This document shows, piece by piece, positions 18,334 to 25,271 of a stretch of DNA of 25,271 nucleotides. The notes beneath the pieces were generated by a model. It saw nothing but the letters and a program-made list of their open reading frames with translations. It ran no database searches and was not told the origin of the DNA. The stretch lies in assembly GCA_039630345.1 (NCBI GenBank), contig JBCNVD010000041.1, positions 1-25,271 of the forward strand, in the 5' to 3' direction. The translations under genes and the position numbers were made by a program. The stretch comes from Aquificaceae bacterium (lineage in GTDB: Bacteria; Aquificota; Aquificia; Aquificales; Aquificaceae). Each line of letters opens with the position of its first letter. Position 1 is the stretch's first letter.

Positions 18334-19173
18334 ATGGATAGTCAAACCATCAAAACTCTAAGAGAAATGACAGGTGCTGGCATATTAGAGTGCAAAAAAG
18401 CGCTGGAAGAGGCGAGCGGTGATATACAAAAAGCCAAGGAAATTCTAAGAGTCAGGGGTCTTGCAAAAGCTGACAAAAAAGCAGGGCGGGAAACGCGCGA
18501 AGGCGCGATTTTCTCAATAATTTCAGAAAACAGAAAATCAGGGGTTATTATAGAACTAAATTGCGAAACAGACTTTGTCGCAAAAAACGAGCAATTCACT
18601 GAGCTTGCGAAAAAGATCTGCAAAGCAATCCTTGATGCAACCCAAATTCCACAAAGCTTAGAGGAAGTTATGAACCTTAGCTATAACTCCTCGACTGTTG
18701 GCGAAGCCATAAAGTCGGCAATTGCGATAATTGGCGAGAACATAAACCTGAGAAGATTTTCGCGCTTTGACACAGAGGGATTTATCCACTCTTATATTCA
18801 CGGCATAGGTAAAGTTGGCGTGATGATTGAGCTAAATGGTGAGCCAGACCAGAGTTCTATCCAAATTGCTCAAAACATAGGCATGCAAATAGCAGCTATG
18901 AAGCCAGAGTTTGTCTCGGTAGAAACAATAGACCCAGAGGTTTTAAACTCAGAGAGGCGAATCCTTACAGAACAAGCAAAACAGGAAGGAAAACCAGATA
19001 ACGTTATAGAAAAAGTAGTCGAAGGAAGACTTAAAAAATTCTATCAGGAGAAAGTCCTTCTGGAACAACCCTATATCAAAGACGAAAAGCTAAGCGTAAA
19101 GGACTATATAAAATCAGTAAACCCCTCTTTCAGAGTTCTTCGTTTTGTTAGATTCGAGGTAGGCTCGGCATAA
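18334..19173 (+). CDS. tsf: Elongation factor Ts
   Basis: LREMTGAG, ELNCETDFVA and MQIAA motifs, directly after rpsB. Confidence 0.97.
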   Translation: MDSQTIKTLREMTGAGILECKKALEEASGDIQKAKEILRVRGLAKADKKAGRETREGAIFSIISENRKSGVIIELNCETDFVAKNEQFTELAKKICKAILDATQIPQSLEEVMNLSYNSSTVGEAIKSAIAIIGENINLRRFSRFDTEGFIHSYIHGIGKVGVMIELNGEPDQSSIQIAQNIGMQIAAMKPEFVSVETIDPEVLNSERRILTEQAKQEGKPDNVIEKVVEGRLKKFYQEKVLLEQPYIKDEKLSVKDYIKSVNPSFRVLRFVRFEVGSA

Positions 19174-19175
19174 AG

Positions 19176-19889
19176 ATGGGTCTTTTGTATTCCAGGGTCT
19201 TGCTAAAGCTCTCTGGCGAGGCTCTTGCAGGGGAGAAACAATCAGGCATAGACCCTGAATTCCTTGAATATTTATGTAAAGAGATAAAATCAGTACACGA
19301 CTCAGGAGTCGAGCTAGCTATCGTAATAGGGGGCGGGAACATCTTTCGGGGAAACTTAAGCCCGCATCTTGGCATAGACAGAGCTACAGGCGATTATATG
19401 GGAATGCTTGCAACGGTTATTAACGCTCTTGCCCTTCAGTCTGCAATAGAGCGCTTTACCTCAATCCCAACAAGGGTTTTATCAGCCATAGAGATGCACC
19501 AGGTCGCAGAGCCATACATAAGAAGAAGGGCTATCCGCCATCTGGAGAAAGGTCGCATCGTGATTTTCGCAGGTGGCACAGGAAGTCCATTTTTTTCCAC
19601 AGATACAGCAGGCGCGCTTCGCGCAATAGAGATAAATGCCCAGCTACTTATCAAAGCAACAAGAGTCGACGGAATATACAGCGAAGACCCACTAACAAAC
19701 CCGGGAGCGAGATTGATACCTGAAATTTCCTATCTTGAGGTTATTAACAGAGGTCTCAAACTAATGGACCATACTGCCATGACTTTGTGCAAAGACAACT
19801 CACTACCAATACTGGTTCTTAATATCAAAAAGCCCGGTAATTTAATTCGGGCTCTTCTTGGCGAAAACATAGGCTCTTTTGTGAGATAA
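19176..19889 (+). CDS. pyrH: UMP kinase
   Basis: LLKLSGEAL, GGGNIFRG, DYMGMLAT and PFFSTD motifs. Confidence 0.97.
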   Translation: MGLLYSRVLLKLSGEALAGEKQSGIDPEFLEYLCKEIKSVHDSGVELAIVIGGGNIFRGNLSPHLGIDRATGDYMGMLATVINALALQSAIERFTSIPTRVLSAIEMHQVAEPYIRRRAIRHLEKGRIVIFAGGTGSPFFSTDTAGALRAIEINAQLLIKATRVDGIYSEDPLTNPGARLIPEISYLEVINRGLKLMDHTAMTLCKDNSLPILVLNIKKPGNLIRALLGENIGSFVR

Positions 19890-19911
19890 AACGCTAAAAT
19901 ATAATCTAATT

Positions 19912-20838
19912 ATGCAAACTGCACTCATATACGACCAGATTTACCTAGAGCACCATGAACGTTCCCATCCTGAAAATCGGGATAGATTAATAGCTATAAA
20001 GCGCGGTATAGAAAAAACGGTTATAAAAAAGATAAAAACTCTTCGTCCAAGGCGCGCAAGCGCACAGGAAGTGAGTTTAAATCACGAACCAACTTACATA
20101 CAGGAAGTTGCAGACTTTTGTAAAGCAGGCGGCGGGCATATGGACCCTGATACATATCTGAATCCTCATTCTTACGAGGTAGCTCTTCATGCGGTTGGGG
20201 CAGTTCTTGAGGGTATAGATATGCAACTTCAAGGTGAATACCAGGCAGTATTCTGCGCTGTTAGACCGCCGGGTCATCACGCAGAGCGAGCAAGGGCTAT
20301 GGGATTTTGCATCTTTAACAACATAGCTATTGGCGCCTGGTACCTTCTTACGAGAGGTATAAACAGGGTTTTCATCATAGATTTTGACGCCCATCATGGT
20401 AATGGCACTCAGCGAAGCTTTTACGAAGAAGACAGAGTGTTTTTCTTCTCCTCTCATCAGTATCCTTTTTACCCAGGCACTGGCGGTCCCGAAGAGAGAG
20501 GTTCAGGGAGGGGTTATGGGTTTACTCACAACGAGCCGCTACCGGCCGGCGCAGGAGATAGAGAAATCCTGCCAATTTACAAAGAGATACTGGCCGAGAA
20601 AATTCTCAACTTTAAACCTGAGTTTATTTTGGTCTCCGCTGGATATGACATTCACACTTCTGATCCACTCACTTATCTAAATATCTCAACTGAAGGAATA
20701 AGAGAAATAGTAAAGAGTATTCTAACACAGGCAAAGAACTTATCAGTGCCGGTCTTGTTTAGTCTTGAAGGGGGATATAACCTGTCAGTTTTAGAAGAAT
20801 GTGTCGCTATAACATTGCAAGAGATGGTAGATGCTTAA
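19912..20838 (+). CDS. Zn-dependent histone-deacetylase-family (AcuC/AphA-like) amidohydrolase
   Basis: HPE, RPPGHHA, GFCIFNN, DFDAHHGNGTQ, SAGYD and LEGGY motifs. Confidence 0.92.
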   Translation: MQTALIYDQIYLEHHERSHPENRDRLIAIKRGIEKTVIKKIKTLRPRRASAQEVSLNHEPTYIQEVADFCKAGGGHMDPDTYLNPHSYEVALHAVGAVLEGIDMQLQGEYQAVFCAVRPPGHHAERARAMGFCIFNNIAIGAWYLLTRGINRVFIIDFDAHHGNGTQRSFYEEDRVFFFSSHQYPFYPGTGGPEERGSGRGYGFTHNEPLPAGAGDREILPIYKEILAEKILNFKPEFILVSAGYDIHTSDPLTYLNISTEGIREIVKSILTQAKNLSVPVLFSLEGGYNLSVLEECVAITLQEMVDA

Positions 20839-21037
20839 GAGAATAAGGCGATATATATGGATAGCCTTATCTTTTATACTAACAGTTTACGGCTTTTATT
20901 TATTATTCTGGTTTTTCTACGATACAACCAGGCGAACAATAGGGGCTTTTGCGCTGCCTTCATCACTGATTCTTACTTTAGTGCTCTTTTCCTGGGTGAT
21001 GTATTATTGGAAAACTAGAGGTAAACTTCCTCTGTAG
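20831..21037 (+). CDS. Small membrane protein with two predicted TM helices
   Basis: 68 aa with two hydrophobic stretches and basic ends. It overlaps the deacetylase stop. Confidence 0.7.
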   Translation: MLKRIRRYIWIALSFILTVYGFYLLFWFFYDTTRRTIGAFALPSSLILTLVLFSWVMYYWKTRGKLPL

Positions 21038-21038
21038 A

Positions 21039-21110
21039 GGGCGATTAGCTCAGGGGTAGAGCGCCATCCTCACAAGATGGAGGTCAGAGGTTCAAGTCCT
21101 CTATCGCCCA
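21039..21110 (+). tRNA. tRNA-Val(CAC), CCA not encoded
   Basis: Acceptor GGGCGAT/ATCGCCC, anticodon arm CCATC-CTCACAA-GATGG, T arm AGAGG-TTCAAGT-CCTCT. Confidence 0.96.
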
Positions 21111-21261
21111 TTTTAACTCGTTAAACACCCGCTCTCTTGCAATGTGCTTCCAGCAAGAGCTCTCTTGACCCTCTCTATGAAGACGTACAGGATAGTCAAC
21201 AAGAGCCTTTACTTTACTCGGATCTTAGTTTTTTGAACTCTTAAGTAATACGATAGTATAA

Positions 21262-21351
21262 GACCTTTTACTCAGGTAGGCTTTCTCTAAAGGCAGTGCT
21301 GTACGTTTAGCGAAAGGCTTGTATTTCTCAAAGTTTAGGTTTCATGATTTA
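21262..21351 (+). pseudogene. Tyrosine integrase remnant
   Basis: Translates as DLLLR*AFSKGSAVRLAKGLYFSKFRFHDL, resembling the box II region (...RRAF...AG...FRFHDLRH). It has an in-frame stop and lacks the RH. Confidence 0.55.
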
Positions 21352-21397
21352 AATGCAATCTCGCAAGCTCATAACAGAATGAGGCAAAACAAATCCA

Positions 21398-21567
21398 ATG
21401 AGGACAATAAAGGAGAGGTTGAAGATTTATAACTGTCACAGCCTATGAACCTTAACAGGTTATGGAAACTTAAGACCTATAAACCTTCAAGAGTTTGAAA
21501 AAAAGTCCTTAGAGAGCTGGAGGGAGAGCTAGAACAGAAGGAGAGGGCTCTGGAGGCAAAGGATTAG
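21398..21567 (+). pseudogene. Possible response-regulator receiver-domain remnant
   Basis: MRTIKERLK...*TLTGYGNLRPINLQEFEK, then after a frameshift in an A-run KVLRELEGELEQKERALEAKD*. This resembles the LTGYG and KPxxxxEL parts of receiver domains with an internal deletion. Confidence 0.35.
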
Positions 21568-21689
21568 TGGAGTTTATGGAAGTATTCATAAATTTGCCTT
21601 ACAGCTTTAGCTGTATCTAAAGCTACCTGTGGTAGCCCGATTAAAAGCAGTTTTCCGGCATATATTTATCTCCTGGAGGTGTATGAATA

Positions 21690-22088
21690 ATGAGGATCAA
21701 ATTTACAGAAGACCTACTAACAGGTGTAGAGGAAATGGACAATCAACACAAAAAAATAGTTGACCTCATCAATAAGACGGCGGAACGCATAGCGGCGGGC
21801 GAACTTCAGGAGGCTATAAGAATCTTTAAGGAAGATCTAATGCCTTTTGTTAAGTACCACCTAGAGCAAGAGGAGCAATTCATGGCTTCGATAAATTACC
21901 CTGAAATAGAGGAGCACAAAAGACATCACAAATGGGTAATTGACCTATTTAATAAAATCGGAAGCTCATTAGAAGACAAAGAATCTGCAAGACAAGCTCT
22001 TGCCTTAGTTACCGGATGGCTTTATGGGCATGTAGGTAAGGTAGACAAAAAGTATGGAGTCTATTCAGCAGCCAAGACACTAAAGTAA
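21690..22088 (+). CDS. Bacteriohemerythrin (single-domain di-iron O2-binding protein)
   Basis: TGVEEMDNQH, HLEQE, HKRHH and WLYGHVGKVD give the full H/HxxxE/HxxxH/HxxxxD ligand set. SD GGAGGT upstream. Confidence 0.92.
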   Translation: MRIKFTEDLLTGVEEMDNQHKKIVDLINKTAERIAAGELQEAIRIFKEDLMPFVKYHLEQEEQFMASINYPEIEEHKRHHKWVIDLFNKIGSSLEDKESARQALALVTGWLYGHVGKVDKKYGVYSAAKTLK

Positions 22089-22110
22089 TCTGTGTGTTAT
22101 AAAGCGAAAG

Positions 22111-22133
22111 AGCCCCACTCTTGGGGCTGTTTT
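22111..22133 (+). terminator. Probable intrinsic terminator after hemerythrin
   Basis: Stem-loop AGCCCC-ACTCTT-GGGGCT followed by GTTTT. Confidence 0.65.
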
Positions 22134-22325
22134 AAAACGCAGCTATGTTAGTAAACGGGCCAGCACCAAAGCTGAGCTTATCACTTAATCCTTTATGAGG
22201 GAGAGTTGAAGTTTTGCTATGATTGAGTTTCTTATATCACCCCTATTTCCTGCACCTTCATTGGTAAATAAAGTGGCTATGCTATAAACAAATTTTGAGC
22301 TCGGTTTATATAGACCTTAGCGCCC

Positions 22326-22502
22326 TTTTTTTTGATATAATCTACCAAGCAAAGCGTAGCACACCTTCTAGAAAATTTTCAGTGACGAATAGCCCCTTCC
22401 AAAGCCTTGAGTATCAAGGCTTTTACTAAATGAAGTTGCACTAATGGTTTTAATTTAGAGAAAGGCAGTTGGGTTCCTACTACTGTACGGGGGAGTTTAC
22501 GC
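22326..22502 (+). other. Orphan CRISPR-leader-like segment with degenerate solitary repeat(s); no array
   Basis: TATAAT, an AGTGACGAA motif, the palindrome AAAGCCTTGA-GTA-TCAAGGCTTT (22401-22423), then repeat-like stretches at 22435-22470 and 22473-22502. Confidence 0.35.
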
Positions 22503-22991
22503 AGACGAGGACATTAGTCTTTCTGGAAAACTTAAGGACTGTATTACATAAAGACCGATATGGTCTTTAGTAGGAAAAAGCACTTTCTTTGACGCTTATT
22601 ACATTGAATACAAAAAAGAAAAACGAAAAGAATAGCTTGTTTTACTAGCTTAAAAAGTAGTAACACTAGAACTTAAAAGTCTCGTAGTAAACATTCTTAG
22701 GAAAACCAAAGACTATTGGACTGAAAATACCTTGGTAAATGCATTTGTAGAACTTGGCCTTACTCTCTCATAGTTCTTAAGACCACTGCTTTGCAAACTT
22801 CTCAACCGTCCGTAGGTGAAACTGATGCATATCTTCCTGCTTTTCTTGGTGTATAATCCCATGCAAGTAGAATAAGAGAGCTCTAAAGTCCTTTGCTTTA
22901 ACTTCTGCCACTTCTTCTCAAGAACTTAAAGTTTTAGAACAGCTTCTTTACCTCTAGAACATAAGAGGCTACCCGCTTTACATATGTTAAA

Positions 22992-23150
22992 TTAGGAAAG
23001 GAAACGGTCTTTATACTGCCTTAAACAGGTTATTGGCCTGTATAGAACAAGACGATACTTGTGAACCTCCTTTTCTGTTACCTTGATCCTATATGTATCG
23101 GGAATGTTGCGCTTGCCGCGGCTTTTTCTGACCTGAATCCTGTTCCCCAT
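22992..23150 (-). CDS. Short basic hypothetical ORF (52 aa), possibly a truncated gene
   Basis: MGNRIQVRKSRGKRNIPDTYRIKVTEKEVHKYRLVLYRP... It is co-oriented with the repeat protein, with AGGAG and GGAGGTG upstream at non-ideal spacing. Confidence 0.3.
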   Translation of the reverse strand: MGNRIQVRKSRGKRNIPDTYRIKVTEKEVHKYRLVLYRPITCLRQYKDRFLS

Positions 23151-23204
23151 AGTCTCCTGAGTCTTGAAAGCGACATCACCTCCTGGATAAGAAATTAAAT
23201 AAAT

Positions 23205-24041
23205 TTAAAGCTTCAAACTCAGAGAGTCTAACGCTTTTCCCAGTTCCTCCTTTTTCTTTTTTATCTCAAATAATTTCTTAAGGTACTCATAAACACCTAT
23301 CGTATCAACATCTATACTGTTGAGTTTTTTAGCGGCTTCCATATATTTTTGAATGCTTTCAAGAGATAGTTTCATTAAATCCTGATCCATACGGCCAACA
23401 CTGATGGCTATATCGTTACTCAAAATAAAGCACTCCAAAACACCATATCCTTTCTTGTCTTTTAGTTCACATATTTCTCCGTGTGTATTTGGATCAAAGA
23501 GGTATCCTTCTCCTGCCATTACATGAGCTACGGTAATTCCCTCCAAATTAGCAAGCAGGAGAATTTCCTTGTGTCTACCCGGATCAAACTTATATCTCAT
23601 CCTAGCCATCTCATGAGCCACGGTCCAGCCATTGCTATCAGCAAGAAGCAAAAGATCTATATCTTTTTCCGGGTCAAATTTATATCCACATCTTGCCATC
23701 ACATGCGCTACAGTCTGCCCTTTATTGTCTGCAAGATGAAGAAGATGTTTTTCGTTTTTAGAATCAAACTCGTGGCCCCTCCATGCCATTATATGCGCCA
23801 CTGTCTGGCCTTGATTGTCCATAACTCTTTTGAGGTTTTCTTCTTTTCTAAAAACATAGCCCATATCGATAATCGCCTCGAGCAGAATTGAATACTCATC
23901 GAAGTAGCCAATCTTCAACCACGGAGATTCTTTTAAAACTTCCCAGTCAAACTGGTCTTCGTGTATGGCGAGTAGGCTCTGAGTGTCTCCCTGCTTTATT
24001 ATTCTGACGAGCTTTCTCCTGGTTATTTTCTTCCTCTTCAT
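23205..24041 (-). CDS. Hypothetical protein with four 30-aa ankyrin-like repeats
   Basis: The consensus DxxGxTVAHxMAxxGYxFDPxxxxxxLxLA recurs at 90-nt period over 23460-23819. GAGGTAGG upstream. Confidence 0.85.
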   Translation of the reverse strand: MKRKKITRRKLVRIIKQGDTQSLLAIHEDQFDWEVLKESPWLKIGYFDEYSILLEAIIDMGYVFRKEENLKRVMDNQGQTVAHIMAWRGHEFDSKNEKHLLHLADNKGQTVAHVMARCGYKFDPEKDIDLLLLADSNGWTVAHEMARMRYKFDPGRHKEILLLANLEGITVAHVMAGEGYLFDPNTHGEICELKDKKGYGVLECFILSNDIAISVGRMDQDLMKLSLESIQKYMEAAKKLNSIDVDTIGVYEYLKKLFEIKKKKEELGKALDSLSLKL

Positions 24042-24496
24042 AGTCCTACCTCTTTTGCAATCTATGCTTTTTCAAAGGTGTCCGGCGCACCTTTGGTTTT
24101 TTGGGCTCCAGGGTCAAATATAAGACCCCCTACGAGGTTATCTGGTAGCCTGCCGTGTTTACTTTCCTGTTTCTTATTGCAAGCGTATCCCTCGTCACTT
24201 CGTAAAATACCTTCTAGCTTTTCCTGTCTTCCATAAAATGGTTACTCCACTCCACCATAAGGCAGACCGTAGAACTTGTTTTCCTTTTTTACTTTACCTT
24301 AAAAATCCTCCATTTTTTAGGCACGGACCTAAAGAGCAGTTCTTTCACCTAATTTGCTCCTAACATCCCAAGCTCTCCGTAAACGATATACAAACATAAG
24401 ATAGCAACTAGCATATAAACCCTCTAATCTTCTACTTTCTAAGTAGCGCAGGGAGGATGTAGACATTTTTTTTAAACTCTTTCTCAAAACCTGTCC

Positions 24497-25270
24497 TCAG
24501 AAAGCGGTGTTGCAGGTTTCTTCTTTAGTGGCTTTCTCAAATGTAGTTATGTGAACATTCTGTAGATTTTTCAGACCTTTCACAAAGGAAGTCACACCAT
24601 CGGAGCATATCGCGAAAATCACCTGTGTGTCAGGATTTTTCTCCATAAGTTCTCTTACATTTTCTGCAGTGGAGCAATATCCATCGGTAAAGTAGACTAT
24701 AGCATGAGGCTTGTCCATCTTTTTCTCAACGTCAAATGCCTTCTCAAAAGCATCGTAGTAATCAGTTCCTCCACCACCTTTGTAGCTTGTCTTTTGCTTT
24801 ACGTAATCAGAAAAGTCTCTAAAGTCAAAACTGAGGTCTTCTACCACTTTAGCATCAGCTTCCATATACCTTATGTCTATCCTCACATCGCCACTTCTGT
24901 GAAGAGTGGTCAGAGCAGGATATATAGACCTCCAGAACTCTTCGATGTCATCGGGCTTCATGCTGCCGGATGTATCCACTATTAGAGTAAGATTGAGTTT
25001 GAACTTCCTCTTGTAAGGATGCTCGAGCAAGTATGGCCTGCCCTGACTCAAACTTATGTATAAATCGTAGGCACTCCATGGGGCTATCCTGCTCCTGTTT
25101 GGCATGAGGGTCTGTTCAGAAATCATGCGCCTGAGAAGGTTTTTCATGTAAGTATAGAGTTGTGGATAGCCCCTTTCTAGATTGCTAAGGTCGATTTGTA
25201 TATCCGCCCCGAGAGACCCCTGCCCTGCCTGACGCTGCCTTATTGTTTCGTTGATACCTTTCTCAATAAA
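24497..25270 (-). CDS. VWA-like domain protein (DUF2201-type C-terminus); 5' end beyond the window
   Basis: MIDAS elements IVDTSGSM, GGGGTDY and YFTDGY, with a preceding PNR motif. The frame stays open upstream of the ORF-track ATG to the window edge (FIEKGINETIRQRQAGQGSLG...). Confidence 0.8.
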   Translation of the reverse strand, partial: FIEKGINETIRQRQAGQGSLGADIQIDLSNLERGYPQLYTYMKNLLRRMISEQTLMPNRSRIAPWSAYDLYISLSQGRPYLLEHPYKRKFKLNLTLIVDTSGSMKPDDIEEFWRSIYPALTTLHRSGDVRIDIRYMEADAKVVEDLSFDFRDFSDYVKQKTSYKGGGGTDYYDAFEKAFDVEKKMDKPHAIVYFTDGYCSTAENVRELMEKNPDTQVIFAICSDGVTSFVKGLKNLQNVHITTFEKATKEETCNTAF

Positions 25271-25271
25271 A

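Noticed and set aside
2478..20680. Other short antisense or alternative-frame ORFs inside housekeeping genes
   Set aside because: They lie within well-supported genes and show no motifs.
17400..21000. Apparent drop in + strand G/T bias from rpsB onward (possible skew switch or inversion)
   Set aside because: Only spot-counted, and similar variation occurs at 2-5 kb. It may reflect expression-linked codon usage. A cumulative skew plot is needed.
22965..22992. dif-like site (ATATGTTAAAT resembles the XerD arm)
   Set aside because: The matching XerC arm is absent, and a half-site match is plausible by chance in AT-rich DNA.
22134..23000. A true CRISPR array
   Set aside because: There are no regularly spaced identical repeats, only isolated degenerate repeat-like stretches.
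23481..24985. Plus-strand ORFs 23481-23891 and 24704-24985
   Set aside because: They are antisense shadows of the repeat and VWA genes. The periodicity in the first mirrors the real repeats.

Overview
The window has three parts. (1) Bases 1-~2060 are high-GC DNA (roughly two-thirds GC by eye; CGG/CGC Arg and ATC Ile codons). They carry a 5'-truncated NiaR-type repressor, a cluster of REP-like palindromes, an MFS transporter (likely NiaP-type niacin uptake) and a promoter for a tRNA-Phe/tRNA-Gly pair. (2) From ~2234 to 21110 the composition switches abruptly to about 40% GC with AGA/AGG and ATA codons. This is a dense, Aquificaceae-like housekeeping block: bcp, bioA, dnaA, recN, ogg, tRNA-Arg, pabB, hisZ, metK, khpA, rpsP, thrS, USP, plsC, bioF, ychF, hslO, rpsB, tsf, pyrH, an HDAC-family deacetylase and tRNA-Val. 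The break inside the tRNA pair suggests a chimeric join or a tRNA-mediated recombination. (3) Bases 21111-25271 are accessory and partly decayed DNA after tRNA-Val: an integrase remnant, a receiver-domain remnant, an intact hemerythrin, an orphan CRISPR-leader-like segment with solitary degenerate repeats, a protein with unusual 30-aa ankyrin-like 'TVAH' repeats, and an edge-truncated VWA (DUF2201-like) protein. The best leads are the DnaA lacking the sensor-II Arg and the DHTTV motif, the TVAH-repeat/VWA cassette, the solitary CRISPR repeat with leader, and the compositional junction. Taxonomic and family assignments come from recognising motifs, not from database searches.
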